From: an uncultured bacterium
GTDB lineage: Bacteria > Desulfobacterota_D > UBA1144 > Nemesobacterales > UBA2774
NCBI GenBank assembly: GCA_963825135.1
Contig: CAWGRW010000009.1
Location: forward strand, 2,016,001 to 2,080,000
Length of the DNA stretch: 64,000 nt
Reading direction: 5' to 3'
Numbering within the stretch: the first letter of the stretch is position 1; every line of letters begins with the position of its first letter. Both the position numbers and the translations under genes were made by a program. Positions 20,524-31,081 of the stretch are shown here, piece after piece. Under the pieces are notes generated by a model. The model was not told the DNA's origin and did not search any database. It saw nothing but the letters and a program-made list of their open reading frames with translations.

Positions 20524-21830
20524 AATACGAATTTTTTATCGGGCTGAGATACCTGAGTTCCAGGCGTAAGCAGAAGTTCGCCTCTATAATAGGACTGATT
20601 TCGGTCCTCGGGGTGATTATCGGCGTCATGGCCCTGAACGTGGTCCTCTCGGTTATGGGGGGGTTCGAAGAGGAGCTCAGGGAGAAGATACTGGGCGTAA
20701 GCTCCCACATCGTTATCTTGAGCTACGACGGGCCTGTGAAGGATTATTCCAAAATCGAAGCCGAGGCGCAAAAATTCCCGGGGGTCGTGGGGGCGAGTCC
20801 GTTTATCTACGGGCAGGGCATGATGGCCAGCGAAAAGAACGTTTCGGGCTCCGTCATTCGGGGTATTGTCCCGGCGACGGCGGGAACGGTTACGAACATC
20901 GAGCTTGCTATCGGAAGGGGGATGCTCGTGGGGGACGATAGTAAAAAGGAGAAAAATTCCGACGAGCAGCTCGCGAAGGTCGGCAAAGAAGTGCTCGCCA
21001 AACTGGATAAGGAAACGAAATCCGGGAAGCCGCCGATACTGCTCGGCAAGGAGCTTGCGAATACGCTCGGGGTTGTGGAGGGCGACCTCGTCAGTCTCGT
21101 ATCGCCTTTCGGCAAAATGGGTCCTTTCGGAGCTACGGCCAAGGTGAAGAAATTTGAAGTCGCCGGGATATTCGATTACGGTATGATCGAGTACGATTCG
21201 TCGATTTCTTATGTCGACCTCAAGGACGCTATGGATTTTTTCGACATGAACGGCGAGGTTTCGGGCGTGGAGGTTAAAGTCAGGGATATATACGACGCGA
21301 AGGGGATCGGAGGAGAGCTTGCGTCGATCCTGGGTTTCCCTTATTACACCAGGAACTGGGAGGAGGTCAATAAGAGCCTGTTCAAGGCGCTCAGGCTGGA
21401 AAGGGTAGCAATAGCCATTTTCCTCGGTCTGATTATCCTGGTCGCGGCGCTCGATATCGTGAGCGCGTTAACCATGGTCGTAATGGAAAAGGGCAAAGAC
21501 ATCGCCATCCTCCGTGCGATGGGGGCTACCAGGAACGGCATCTTGAAGATCTTTATAATAGACGGGATGATTATCGGGATCGTCGGAACTCTGCTCGGAA
21601 GCCTTTCGGGGTACGGTATCTGCTACATGCTTAAAACCAGTGAAACTATAAGGAAACTCATTCCTTTTGATAACAACGTCTATCCTATTTCGGAGTTTCC
21701 AGTTAAAATTGAACCGTTTTATTTTTTCACGGTGGCGTTTTTCAGCATATTGATATGTTTCATAGCAACTCTGTATCCGTCATTCCAAGCGTCTCGGAAA
21801 GATCCGATTGAGGCACTGAGGTATGAATAA
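20520..21830 (+). CDS. lolE: Lipoprotein-releasing ABC transporter permease LolC/E
   Basis: IGLRYL..RK, VLSVMGGF, DIAILRAMGA, C-terminal EALRYE. Confidence 0.9.
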   Translation: MKYEFFIGLRYLSSRRKQKFASIIGLISVLGVIIGVMALNVVLSVMGGFEEELREKILGVSSHIVILSYDGPVKDYSKIEAEAQKFPGVVGASPFIYGQGMMASEKNVSGSVIRGIVPATAGTVTNIELAIGRGMLVGDDSKKEKNSDEQLAKVGKEVLAKLDKETKSGKPPILLGKELANTLGVVEGDLVSLVSPFGKMGPFGATAKVKKFEVAGIFDYGMIEYDSSISYVDLKDAMDFFDMNGEVSGVEVKVRDIYDAKGIGGELASILGFPYYTRNWEEVNKSLFKALRLERVAIAIFLGLIILVAALDIVSALTMVVMEKGKDIAILRAMGATRNGILKIFIIDGMIIGIVGTLLGSLSGYGICYMLKTSETIRKLIPFDNNVYPISEFPVKIEPFYFFTVAFFSILICFIATLYPSFQASRKDPIEALRYE

Positions 21831-21833
21831 CGA

Positions 21834-22508
21834 ATGGAAATTCGAGTACGAGGTTTATGGAAGGTGTTTGAAACAGTCGGGGGCAGGGTAGAGGCGCTTA
21901 AGGGTATTGATCTGGACCTGCCGGACGGTGACACGCTCGCCGTAATCGGTGTTTCGGGATCGGGGAAAAGCACTCTGTTACATATTTTGGGAACGCTGGA
22001 CCAGCCTTCGAGCGGGGAGGTATATTACGGCAGCACTAATATTTTCAAGCAAAATGACAACGAGCTTGCCTCATTCAGGAACCGGGAAATCGGGTTTGTG
22101 TTCCAGTTCCATTATCTTCTGCCCGAATTCAGCGCATTGGAGAATGTGATGATTCCGTGCCTAATTAACGGAATCGGCTCCGACCAGGCGCGAGAGATGT
22201 CGCTGGACGTCCTGAAGAGAGTAGGTTTGGAGCACAGGCTCGAACACAGGCCCGGAGAGTTGTCTGGCGGGGAACAGCAGAGGGTGGCCATAGCCAGGGC
22301 CGTGGTTTTGAAACCTAAAGTCATTCTGGCTGATGAGCCGACGGGGAACCTGGATCTGGATACGGGGGCGACCATACTGGACTTGTTTTTGATGCTCAAC
22401 GCGGATTACGGGATCACTTCGGTCCTGGTTACTCATAATGTGGAAATCACAAAGCGGCTCAACAGGAGAATCAGGCTTTCCGATGGGAAAATTGTCGATG
22501 TCAATTAA
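21834..22508 (+). CDS. lolD: Lipoprotein-releasing ABC transporter ATPase
   Basis: GVSGSGKST, GFVFQFHYLL, LSGGEQQR, ADEPTGNLD. Confidence 0.92.
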   Translation: MEIRVRGLWKVFETVGGRVEALKGIDLDLPDGDTLAVIGVSGSGKSTLLHILGTLDQPSSGEVYYGSTNIFKQNDNELASFRNREIGFVFQFHYLLPEFSALENVMIPCLINGIGSDQAREMSLDVLKRVGLEHRLEHRPGELSGGEQQRVAIARAVVLKPKVILADEPTGNLDLDTGATILDLFLMLNADYGITSVLVTHNVEITKRLNRRIRLSDGKIVDVN

Positions 22509-24900
22509 TTTCAGGACAGGAAGAGCCGTTCTTTCAGTCGCTCTGCTTCTCCTGCTCAACTCGGTATGCTGCGGAATTGCGTTCGGACAGGGCCCGGAAG
22601 ATAAAGCGGCCCCTCCCCCGGAAACAGTGAAGGTGCCGGCGGCCGGAGCTGCCCAATCCGTAGATAACACTCAATTACCCGAGAGTCAGCAGCAGGAAAA
22701 AATAGTACAAATAAAAATAGAAGGCAACCTCCGCGTGGAAACGGATCTCATTGGGGTGAATATCTCATCTAAGGTTGGCGAACCGCTATCGAATGCGACT
22801 GTAAGGGATGACATAAAGAAGCTCTACAAGCTCGGGTTCTTCGAGGACGTGACTGCCGATACCGAGAAAACCCCGGGCGGAGTAATTCTTATCTATAACG
22901 TTAAGGAAAAACCCGTGGTCGCGGACCTCCGGATCAGGGGAAATAAGGCCATCAAGAGCGATAAGATTCTAGAGGTGATCGATGTAAAAGAAGGCCGCAT
23001 AATCGATCTGAACAAGGTTAAGCAGAGCCAGGAGGCTATAAGCGCCCTTTATGCCCAAAACGGTGTTGTCGGGACTGTAGTCGATTACAGCATCGAGCCC
23101 GAGGGAGAGGGGACTGTAAGCGTTACGTACGATATTAAAGAGGGCAAGAAGGCTTATGTTAAAAAGGTCGTCTTCATAGGTAATGAAAAACTCAAGGCTA
23201 AAATAATCAAGAAGGGCTTGTATGCCAAGCCCAAGGGGATCTTTTCCTTTATTTCGAAAAAGGGTCTCTATAACCCTCAGGAGATCGACAACGATTCGGA
23301 GCGGATCAGGGTAACTTACATCGATAACGGGTTTCTTGACGTAAAGGTAAGCAAGCCTGAGGTTGTATATAGCGATGAAGAAAAGGGTTATATTGTCACC
23401 TTCAAAATTGACGAGGGCAACCAGTACAAGGTGGATCAGCTCTCCTTTACGGGGGATATGATTGTTCCCGAAGAGGAGTTGAGGGCGACACTCAAGCTTA
23501 AAAGCGGGGAAATTTTCAGGGGGAGCCTGCTGGCCCAGGATATTTCGGGCCTCACCACGTTCTACGGGGACAAGGGATATGCGTTCGCTAACGTGGAGCC
23601 CGCGTTCAAGCTCAACAGGACGAACCTGACGGTGGATATCCAGTTCAGAATTGAGAAGGGCCACGAGGTTTATGTAAGGCAGATCGATATTGTAGGCAAT
23701 ATCAGGACGAGAGATAAGGTAATCAGAAGAGAGATACCCATTGAGGAAGGCCAGCTCTATAACGCCACAGAGGTCCAGGCCATCAAATCGAGGGTCACGA
23801 GGCTGGGTTTTTTCGAGGATAACGTGGAAGTCGCTTCCGAGAGGGTGCCCGGTACCGAAGACCAGCTGGATTTAAATGTTAAAGTCGCCGAGAAACCGAC
23901 AGGGTTTTTCAGCATAGCCGGGGGATTCAGCTCGGTCGAGACCTTTATCTTCGCCGGCCAGATTCAGGAAGCAAACCTCTTCGGATATGGCAAACGGGTA
24001 ACATTGAACGCTCAAATAGGCGGGGTTACACAGCTTTTTTACCTGAACTATCAGGACCCGCACCTGTTTGATACGGACTTTACCCTCGACGCTCTTGCTT
24101 TCAGGACGGACAGGGAGTTCCAGGATTTTAGCAGGAGCTCATTCGGAGGAAGTTTGACCTTCGGCAGATACATCTGGAAAGACCTAAGGGCTAACATTAC
24201 GTACAGAATCGAAGATGTGAAAATCGGGAGCATTGACGAGAACGCAAGACTCATCATTACACGGTCGAAACAAACGATAAGCAGCGTGGGATTGGGCTTG
24301 ACATGGGATTCGAGAAACAATCTTCTCGACCCGAGCGCGGGAAACCTGACTGAGACGGAAGTCGAATTTGCCGGCGGCCCGTTTGGTGGAAATACTGATT
24401 ATCTTAAATATACTTTATCATCAAGACAATGGTTCCCGTTATGGCTAAAGACCGTATTGACCATAAGGGGTACCTATGGGGTTATCGATTTCAGGAATAA
24501 CGGCAACGACCTGGTAGTTGGCGAGCGTTTCTTCCTTGGCGGGCCGAACACTCTAAGGGGCTATGGTTTCAGGAGGGTAGGGCCGAGGGTCCCTGCCGCC
24601 GACGGTAGCTTTGTCATAATTGGAGGCGTTCAGGAACTCCTGTTTTCCGTCGATTACATTTTTCCAATTTTGCCATCGGCGGGGCTGAAAGGGGCTATTT
24701 TTTTCGATATGGGTGATGCGTTCAACGACGGCCAGGATCTGACTTTAAACCCCAACAACCTGAGAAAAGATGTAGGGTTTGGTATGAGGTGGGTATCTCC
24801 TCTGGGACCGCTCAGGCTGGAAATAGGCTTTCCGCTCGGAGACAGGCTCCCCGGAGAAGATCCTTACGAAATTCAGTTTACTATAGGAACTCTATTTTAA
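22498..24900 (+). CDS. bamA: Outer membrane protein assembly factor BamA
   Basis: POTRA repeats (IEGN, IVGNIRTRDKVIRRE), LRGY loop motif, GMRWVSPLGPLR, C-terminal F; ATG 22498 gives a signal peptide. Confidence 0.94.
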   Translation: MSINFRTGRAVLSVALLLLLNSVCCGIAFGQGPEDKAAPPPETVKVPAAGAAQSVDNTQLPESQQQEKIVQIKIEGNLRVETDLIGVNISSKVGEPLSNATVRDDIKKLYKLGFFEDVTADTEKTPGGVILIYNVKEKPVVADLRIRGNKAIKSDKILEVIDVKEGRIIDLNKVKQSQEAISALYAQNGVVGTVVDYSIEPEGEGTVSVTYDIKEGKKAYVKKVVFIGNEKLKAKIIKKGLYAKPKGIFSFISKKGLYNPQEIDNDSERIRVTYIDNGFLDVKVSKPEVVYSDEEKGYIVTFKIDEGNQYKVDQLSFTGDMIVPEEELRATLKLKSGEIFRGSLLAQDISGLTTFYGDKGYAFANVEPAFKLNRTNLTVDIQFRIEKGHEVYVRQIDIVGNIRTRDKVIRREIPIEEGQLYNATEVQAIKSRVTRLGFFEDNVEVASERVPGTEDQLDLNVKVAEKPTGFFSIAGGFSSVETFIFAGQIQEANLFGYGKRVTLNAQIGGVTQLFYLNYQDPHLFDTDFTLDALAFRTDREFQDFSRSSFGGSLTFGRYIWKDLRANITYRIEDVKIGSIDENARLIITRSKQTISSVGLGLTWDSRNNLLDPSAGNLTETEVEFAGGPFGGNTDYLKYTLSSRQWFPLWLKTVLTIRGTYGVIDFRNNGNDLVVGERFFLGGPNTLRGYGFRRVGPRVPAADGSFVIIGGVQELLFSVDYIFPILPSAGLKGAIFFDMGDAFNDGQDLTLNPNNLRKDVGFGMRWVSPLGPLRLEIGFPLGDRLPGEDPYEIQFTIGTLF

Positions 24901-24919
24901 TGATAAGGAGGTTTAAAAC

Positions 24920-25429
24920 ATGAGAGTATTTTTTCTTGTATTAGGTTTGTTGCTGTTGACTCCTGCCTTTTCCTATTCGCAGGGTAACAAGATTGGTATT
25001 ATTGATTTACAGGCGGTTATCGGGAATTCGAAGGCGGGTAAGGCTGCGAAGGCTGCTTTCGAGGCCGAGTTCAAGCAAAAGCAGCAGATCATCGAGAGCA
25101 AGAACTCGCAGCTCGAAGCGATGAAAAACGAGTTCATTCAGAACGGTCCGGTGATGAACGAAACGACCAGAAAGCAGAAAGCCGATCAGATCGATGCCCT
25201 TGATAAGGACCTTCAGAGGTCGAGAGCGGATTTCCGGGACGAGCTCCAGAAAAGGGATTACGAGCTGCTCGAAAAAATATTAAAGGATCTCGATGGGATA
25301 CTCCAGTCGATCGGAACATCTGAGGGTTATACTATCATAATAGAAAAGACTGAAGGCGGTGTAGTTTTTTCAACTCCGTCAATAGATATAACTCAAAAGG
25401 TTATACAGGCCTACGACGCCAAGAACTGA
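24920..25429 (+). CDS. skp: Periplasmic chaperone Skp/OmpH
   Basis: Signal peptide, KIGIIDLQ, coiled coil, DITQKVI; follows bamA. Confidence 0.92.
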   Translation: MRVFFLVLGLLLLTPAFSYSQGNKIGIIDLQAVIGNSKAGKAAKAAFEAEFKQKQQIIESKNSQLEAMKNEFIQNGPVMNETTRKQKADQIDALDKDLQRSRADFRDELQKRDYELLEKILKDLDGILQSIGTSEGYTIIIEKTEGGVVFSTPSIDITQKVIQAYDAKN

Positions 25430-25460
25430 TGCTTGCGGTACTAATACAGACTGGAGAGTA

Positions 25461-25907
25461 TTGAAAACTTTAATTGATAGAGAAGGTATCAAGAAACTTA
25501 TTCCCCACAGGGAGCCGTTTCTTTTCGTGGATGAGGTGCTGGAGCTTGAATACGGGTCGAGAATTCTTGCTTCGAAGAAATTCGGTCCCGAGGAATGGTT
25601 TTTCAAGGGCCACTTCCCGGGCAGCCCGATTGTACCGGGAGTGATTATAGTAGAGGCATTGGCTCAGGCGGGCGGTGTGTTGTATAACGCATCGTTCACG
25701 GAGGAGCGAGAATCCAAAGGTCAGACGGGCGCTTACCTTGCGGGTCTTGAAAAAGTGCGCTTCAGGAAGGCGGTCTATCCGGAAGATGTTATTAAGCTCA
25801 ATGTGAGGATTATAAAGAAACGATCCAAGATAATAATTTTCACGGGGGAGGCCAGTGTGGGTCCCTCAATAGTTGCGGAAGCGGAAATTATGGTTTCGCT
25901 CTATTAA
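25461..25907 (+). CDS. fabZ: 3-hydroxyacyl-ACP dehydratase
   Basis: IPHREPFLFVD, FKGHFPGSPIVPGVIIVEALAQ. Confidence 0.95.
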   Translation: MKTLIDREGIKKLIPHREPFLFVDEVLELEYGSRILASKKFGPEEWFFKGHFPGSPIVPGVIIVEALAQAGGVLYNASFTEERESKGQTGAYLAGLEKVRFRKAVYPEDVIKLNVRIIKKRSKIIIFTGEASVGPSIVAEAEIMVSLY

Positions 25908-25931
25908 TTTATTTAAAATCAATTCGTTACC

Positions 25932-25961
25932 TTGACAGCACTCTCTTTATCGTGTTAATAT
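25932..25961 (+). promoter_or_regulatory. Sigma70 promoter of the tRNA-tuf operon
   Basis: TTGACA-18-TAATAT with extended -10 TG. Confidence 0.6.
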
Positions 25962-26041
25962 ACGTGGTTTCATATATACGGGCGAATTCTATCTAATTTC
26001 AAATTAATGGAGAATCCACGGGAGTTATTGAGTTTTTAGAC

Positions 26042-26116
26042 GCTGGCGTAGCTCAGTGGTAGAGCAGCTGATTTGTAATCAGCAGGCCGGGGGTTCAAAT
26101 CCCTTCGCCAGCTCCA
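26042..26116 (+). tRNA. tRNA-Thr(TGT)
   Basis: GCTGGCG/CGCCAGC acceptor stem, anticodon arm CTGAT-TTGTAAT-CAG, GTTCAAAT T-loop, encoded CCA. Confidence 0.96.
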
Positions 26117-26163
26117 TAGGAAAAATGTCGCAATTACAGAGGCTTAAGCATAATTATATCGGA

Positions 26164-26246
26164 GGGGAGGTGGCTGAGCGGTCAAAAGCAGCAGACTGTA
26201 AATCTGCCGGTGCAAGCCTACGTAGGTTCAAATCCTGCCCTCCCCA
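26164..26246 (+). tRNA. tRNA-Tyr(GTA)
   Basis: GGGGAGG/CCTCCCC acceptor, GCAGA-CTGTAAA-TCTGC, long variable arm, CCA not encoded. Confidence 0.95.
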
Positions 26247-26325
26247 GAGCACTTATATGGCAAATTATTCATTTGGGTTGTTGGTTATGCTCGATATTCA
26301 GTTGGCAGGCTGCAAGGCTATCAAA

Positions 26326-26399
26326 GCGGGAGTAGCTCAGTTGGCTAGAGCATCAGCCTTCCAAGCTGAGGGTCGCGGGTTCGAATCCCGTCTCCCGCT
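26326..26399 (+). tRNA. tRNA-Gly(TCC)
   Basis: GCGGGAG/CTCCCGC acceptor, TCAGC-CTTCCAA-GCTGA, GTTCGAAT. Confidence 0.96.
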
Positions 26400-26412
26400 C
26401 ATTGCTTTCTTT

Positions 26413-26488
26413 GCCCACGTAGCTCAGTCGGTAGAGCACATCCTTGGTAAGGATGAGGTCAGCGGTTCAAGTCCGCTCGTGGGCTCCA
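26413..26488 (+). tRNA. tRNA-Thr(GGT)
   Basis: GCCCACG/CGTGGGC acceptor, CATCC-TTGGTAA-GGATG, encoded CCA. Confidence 0.96.
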
Positions 26489-26540
26489 CGCGGTGCAAGA
26501 TTACGTATTCGTTAATCCATTAAGGAGGTAGGGAGAGGAA

Positions 26541-27725
26541 ATGTCTAAGGAGAAATTTGCGCGGGGAAAGCCGCACCTGAACATAGGGACGATAGGTCAC
26601 GTGGACCACGGGAAGACGACGCTAACGGCGGCGATAACGAAGGTATTGAGCAAGGCCGGAGGTGCGAAGTACGTGGAGTTTTCGGAGATAGACAAGGCGC
26701 CTGAGGAGAGGGAGCGGGGGATAACGATCAACATAGCGCACGTGGAGTACGAGACCGCAAAGAGGCACTATGCGCACGTGGACTGTCCCGGGCACGCGGA
26801 CTATGTAAAGAACATGATAACCGGGGCGGCGCAGATGGACGGGGCGATATTGGTAGTGAGCGCTCCTGACGGGCCGATGCCTCAGACGAGGGAGCACATA
26901 CTGCTTGCGAGACAGGTGGGGGTTCCTTACATAGTGGTAGCGCTCAACAAAGTAGACATGATGGACGACGAGGAGCTGCTGGACCTGGTGGAGCTGGAGG
27001 TAAGGGACTTGCTTACGCAGTACGGGTTCCCCGGGGACGACGTGCCGGTGGTGAGGGTGAGCGCGTTAAAGGCGCTTGAGGAAGACGCTGCGGCGATGAA
27101 CCAGATAATGGATTTGATGAAAGCGATAGACGAGTATATACCTGTGCCCGTGAGGGAGATGGACAAGCCGTTCCTGATGGCGATAGAGGACGTGTTCACG
27201 ATATCGGGAAGGGGTACTGTAGTGACGGGGAGAGTGGAGAGGGGGAAGGTATTGGCCGGGGACGAGGTGGAGATAGTGGGGTTCGGGGACACGCGGAAGA
27301 CTGTGGCGACGAGCCTGGAGATGTTCCGGAAGATTCTCGACGACGCGCATGCCGGGGACAACGTAGGGGTGCTGCTGAGGGGGACCGGGAAGGACGAGGT
27401 GGAGAGGGGGCAGGTTCTGGCGAAGCCCGGGAGCATAACGCCGCATAAGAAGTTCAAGGCGGAGGTATATGTGCTTAAGAAGGAAGAGGGCGGGAGGCAT
27501 ACGCCGTTTTTCCCTGGGTACAGACCGCAGTTTTATTTAAGGACGACTGACGTGACGGGGTCGATAGTGCTGCCCGAGGGAGTGGAGATGGTAATGCCCG
27601 GGGACAACATAAACATGGACGTGGAGCTGATAGCGCCTGTGGCGCTGGAGGACCAGCTCCGGTTCGCTATAAGGGAAGGCGGAAGGACCGTAGGTGCTGG
27701 CGTAGTTACTAAAATCGTGGAGTAG
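26541..27725 (+). CDS. tuf: Elongation factor Tu
   Basis: [31 protein letters not shown]. Confidence 0.99.
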   Translation: MSKEKFARGKPHLNIGTIGHVDHGKTTLTAAITKVLSKAGGAKYVEFSEIDKAPEERERGITINIAHVEYETAKRHYAHVDCPGHADYVKNMITGAAQMDGAILVVSAPDGPMPQTREHILLARQVGVPYIVVALNKVDMMDDEELLDLVELEVRDLLTQYGFPGDDVPVVRVSALKALEEDAAAMNQIMDLMKAIDEYIPVPVREMDKPFLMAIEDVFTISGRGTVVTGRVERGKVLAGDEVEIVGFGDTRKTVATSLEMFRKILDDAHAGDNVGVLLRGTGKDEVERGQVLAKPGSITPHKKFKAEVYVLKKEEGGRHTPFFPGYRPQFYLRTTDVTGSIVLPEGVEMVMPGDNINMDVELIAPVALEDQLRFAIREGGRTVGAGVVTKIVE

Positions 27726-27734
27726 TGGAGAGCT

Positions 27735-27893
27735 ATGGGTGATAATATACTAGTCGTTGCGCTCGCTTGCGTTGAATGCAAGAGAAGAAATTATTCGACA
27801 ACGAAAAACAAACAGACCAATAAAGATAAAATAGAGCTCAAGAAATATTGCAAGTGGTGCAAACGGCACATGCTGCATAAAGAGACAAAGTAA
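27735..27893 (+). CDS. rpmG: 50S ribosomal protein L33 (Zn-ribbon form)
   Basis: Manual translation [52 protein letters not shown]; below the ORF-track size cutoff. Confidence 0.95.
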   Translation: MGDNILVVALACVECKRRNYSTTKNKQTNKDKIELKKYCKWCKRHMLHKETK

Positions 27894-27918
27894 CAGGTCT
27901 AATAAAAAAATTTCGAAT

Positions 27919-27992
27919 AGGGCAGTAGCTCAATTAGGGAGAGCACTGGACTCCAAATCCAGCGGTTGGGGGTTCGATTCCCTCCTGCCCTG
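27919..27992 (+). tRNA. tRNA-Trp(CCA)
   Basis: AGGGCAG/CTGCCCT acceptor, CTGGA-CTCCAAA-TCCAG; canonical position before secE. Confidence 0.94.
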
Positions 27993-28007
27993 AATTAGGA
28001 AACGTTA

Positions 28008-28211
28008 ATGGACAGACTAAAAAACTTGAGTACGGAAGCTGCTCAGTTCGCAAAGGACATCGAGAACGAGGCGAAGCGTATTACCTGGCCGTCGAGACAG
28101 GAAACAGTCAAATCGACGCTGGCTGTTATAGTGATATCGTCGATTTTCGCTTCTTTTTTGGGACTGATTGATTATTTGTTTTCGTGGGTTATCAGACTCA
28201 TACTCAGTTAA
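28008..28211 (+). CDS. secE: Preprotein translocase subunit SecE
   Basis: EAKRITWPSRQE followed by one TM helix. Confidence 0.93.
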   Translation: MDRLKNLSTEAAQFAKDIENEAKRITWPSRQETVKSTLAVIVISSIFASFLGLIDYLFSWVIRLILS

Positions 28212-28237
28212 TAGAAATACGGAGAAAATGGTTTTCT

Positions 28238-28795
28238 ATGGCTAAAAGATGGTACGTGGTTCATACCAATACGGGTTTTGAAGACAGGGTTAAAACCTAT
28301 ATTGAAGACAGGGCAAAGATAGAAGGCGTTGAAGACCTGGTCGTTGAGGTTCTGGTGCCTACGGAAACCATTGTGGAGCCGGTCAAGGGAGGGAAGAAGA
28401 AGACTTCGGTCAGGAAATTCTTCCCGGGCTATATTTTGATTAAGATGGAGCTCAACGACAAGAGCTGGCATTTTATCAGGAACATACCGAAAGTTATCGG
28501 TTTCGTGGGCGGGAAGCTGAAGGACGGAAGGATCGATCCGGACTCTGTGCCGGATATAGTCGAGCAGGAAGTCTTAAAGATAAAGAAACAGATAGAAGAG
28601 GGCACGTTAAAACCCAAGCCGAAGGTCTCGTTCGACAGGGGAGAAACGGTGAAGGTGATCGAAGGCCCGTTCGCTAATTTCTCGGGTGTAATAGAAGAAG
28701 TGAGGCCGGACAAAGCGAAGGTTCAGGTGCTGGTGACGATATTCGGAAGAACAACTCCGATAGAACTCGATTTTAATCAAGTGGAGAAGATTTAA
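28238..28795 (+). CDS. nusG: Transcription factor NusG
   Basis: [32 protein letters not shown]. Confidence 0.96.
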   Translation: MAKRWYVVHTNTGFEDRVKTYIEDRAKIEGVEDLVVEVLVPTETIVEPVKGGKKKTSVRKFFPGYILIKMELNDKSWHFIRNIPKVIGFVGGKLKDGRIDPDSVPDIVEQEVLKIKKQIEEGTLKPKPKVSFDRGETVKVIEGPFANFSGVIEEVRPDKAKVQVLVTIFGRTTPIELDFNQVEKI

Positions 28796-28796
28796 T

Positions 28797-29213
28797 ATGA
28801 AAAAAATAGACGGATACGTGAAACTCCTTGTTGAAGCGGGCAAGGCTACACCTTCCCCGCCGGTGGGTCCTGCGCTCGGTCAGAGGGGTGTGAATATCAT
28901 GGAGTTTTGCAAGGCATTCAATGCCCAGACGCAGAAGGCGGAAGGAATTCTTCCGGTCGTTGTAACGGTCTACTCGGATAAATCCTTTTCTTTTGAGGTT
29001 AAATCCCCGCCTGTTGCCTATCTTCTGAAGAAGGCCGCTAAGATAGAGAAGGGCTCCGGGGAGGCTCCGAAGAAAAAAGCCGGGAAGCTGACTAAGTCCC
29101 AGGTCGAGGAGATAGCGAGAATTAAGATGCCGGATCTGAACACCGACGACATCGAAGCGGCGGTAAAGATCGTGTCGGGTACCGCCAGGAGTATGGGGAT
29201 AGAGGTCTCTTAA
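28797..29213 (+). CDS. rplK: 50S ribosomal protein L11
   Basis: [28 protein letters not shown]. Confidence 0.97.
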   Translation: MKKIDGYVKLLVEAGKATPSPPVGPALGQRGVNIMEFCKAFNAQTQKAEGILPVVVTVYSDKSFSFEVKSPPVAYLLKKAAKIEKGSGEAPKKKAGKLTKSQVEEIARIKMPDLNTDDIEAAVKIVSGTARSMGIEVS

Positions 29214-29315
29214 CTCGCATCGATATACGTGGTGGTCGGCCTCGGATACATTTTCCGGGCCTTTAGGTCATATGATCTAAATATCAGGATTTAGAATTGA
29301 TCGAGGAGATTCGAG

Positions 29316-30041
29316 ATGGTTCGAAAAGGGAAAAAATATACGGAAGTCAGTAAAACGGTCGACGCCAGGACCAGCTATGTTGTGGATGACGCCATGAGAC
29401 TGATTGAAGGGACGAAGACTGCCAAGTTCGACGAAACTGTAGAGGTCGCCGTTACGCTGGGGATTGACCCTAGACAGGCGAACCAGCAGATAAGGACGGG
29501 CATGATCCTCCCTCACGGCATTGGAAAGGATATCAGGGTGGTCGTTTTCGCCAAAGATGATAAGCAAAGGGAAGCCACCGAAGCGGGCGCGGATTATGCC
29601 GGGCTCGACGACCTGATAGAAAAGATATCCAAGGACAACTGGCTCGAATTCGACGTATCGATTGCGACGCCCGATGTAATGAACATTGTGGCGAAACTGG
29701 GCAAGATTCTCGGACCGAGAGGCCTCATGCCAAGCCCCAAGGTGGGAACGGTGACCTTCGACATCGCTCAGGCGGTCAAGGAAGCAAAGGCCGGAAGGAT
29801 CGAAGTGAAAAATGATAAGGGCGGAGTCGTGCATGCTCCGATCGGTAAGGTATCGTTCGGCCCGGATAAATTAAAAGACAATTTCCTTGTGTTCATGGAT
29901 TCACTTATAAAAATGAAGCCGCCGTCATCGAAAGGGGTATACGTCAAAAAAATTACTCTATCCAACACGATGGGCCCGGGCATCAAGGTAGATTTTGTTA
30001 ACGTAAGGGAAGTATTGAAGGGTTTTCATCTCGCGGCATGA
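29316..30041 (+). CDS. rplA: 50S ribosomal protein L1
   Basis: KFDETVE, LGPRGLMPSPKVGT, TMGPGIK. Confidence 0.97.
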   Translation: MVRKGKKYTEVSKTVDARTSYVVDDAMRLIEGTKTAKFDETVEVAVTLGIDPRQANQQIRTGMILPHGIGKDIRVVVFAKDDKQREATEAGADYAGLDDLIEKISKDNWLEFDVSIATPDVMNIVAKLGKILGPRGLMPSPKVGTVTFDIAQAVKEAKAGRIEVKNDKGGVVHAPIGKVSFGPDKLKDNFLVFMDSLIKMKPPSSKGVYVKKITLSNTMGPGIKVDFVNVREVLKGFHLAA

Positions 30042-30108
30042 TCGGGTTGTGTTAATTGAAACTTATTTTATGGGTTTCTTAAATCGTATTTATTAAGGAG
30101 CAGGAAAA

Positions 30109-30639
30109 ATGTTGACTAAAGCGGCTAAGAACGAACTTGTCCGGGAGTTTAACAATGTTTTCAAAGCCAATCCGTCGGTCATGGTGGTGGAGTATAAAGG
30201 TCTGACGGTAAAGGAGCTGGAAACTCTGCGGGCCAATCTCAAGAAAGCGGATGCACAGTTGAAGGTCGTTAAGAATACTCTTCTGCGAATTGCCGCGAAG
30301 GATACGGAAATAGAGCGTATCAACGATTTGTTCGACGGACCTACCGCAGTCGCCATTTGCGAGAGTAACCCTACTGCAGTAGCAAAGGTGTTCGTCGACT
30401 CCTTGAAGAAACTCCCGACGCTCAGGATTAAGGGCGGGATTGTCGAGGGTAACGTTATCGGAGAGAGTCAGGTGTCCGACCTCTCGAAGCTGCCGTCCAG
30501 ACAGGAGTTAATCTCGCAGTTTATGGGACTTCTCAAGAGTCCGGTTTCGAACCTCCTTGGGACCCTTAATCAGCTCCAGTCGAAGCTCCTCTATGCTTTG
30601 ACTGCTGTTAAAGACGCAAAAGAAAAAGAGAACAGTTAA
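30109..30639 (+). CDS. rplJ: 50S ribosomal protein L10
   Basis: YKGLTV, VVKNTL, GPTAVA, LSKLPSR. Confidence 0.95.
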   Translation: MLTKAAKNELVREFNNVFKANPSVMVVEYKGLTVKELETLRANLKKADAQLKVVKNTLLRIAAKDTEIERINDLFDGPTAVAICESNPTAVAKVFVDSLKKLPTLRIKGGIVEGNVIGESQVSDLSKLPSRQELISQFMGLLKSPVSNLLGTLNQLQSKLLYALTAVKDAKEKENS

Positions 30640-30688
30640 GCAAGACGGCAATAGAAAAGACATATTTATTTAAGGAGGTTTTTGAATT

Positions 30689-31081
30689 ATGGCTGATATC
30701 ACGAGGACAGACGTTATTACGTATCTCGAAAAGGCAAGCATGCTTGAAATTTCGGAACTGATCAAGGAGATCGAAGTTAAATTCGATGTCAAAGCGGCGG
30801 CCCCACAGATAGCGGTAGCCGCAGTAGCCGGCGGCGCCGGAGGCGAGGCCCAGGCGGAGCAGGCTGAGAAAACCGAGTTTAATGTAATCCTTAAGGCTGC
30901 AGGCGCGAATAAGATACAAGTTATTAAAGCAGTAAGGGAAGTTACGTCGCTTGGTCTGAAAGAAGCAAAGGACCTGGTCGAGGGAGCCCCAAAGCCCGTA
31001 AAAGAAGGCGTGGATAAGCAGGAATCGGAAAACATTAAGAAAAAGCTTGAGGAAGCAGGCGCTCAGGTGGAAATTAATTAA
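30689..31081 (+). CDS. rplL: 50S ribosomal protein L7/L12
   Basis: Ala/Gly hinge, [17 protein letters not shown]. Confidence 0.97.
   Translation: MADITRTDVITYLEKASMLEISELIKEIEVKFDVKAAAPQIAVAAVAGGAGGEAQAEQAEKTEFNVILKAAGANKIQVIKAVREVTSLGLKEAKDLVEGAPKPVKEGVDKQESENIKKKLEEAGAQVEIN

Noticed and set aside
26056..26523. 155-aa ORF
   Set aside because: Overlaps four tRNA genes; spurious
29225..29275. L1-binding leader between rplK and rplA
   Set aside because: A GGCC..CGGA/TCCG.GGCC hairpin exists, but I could not match the L1 internal-loop consensus
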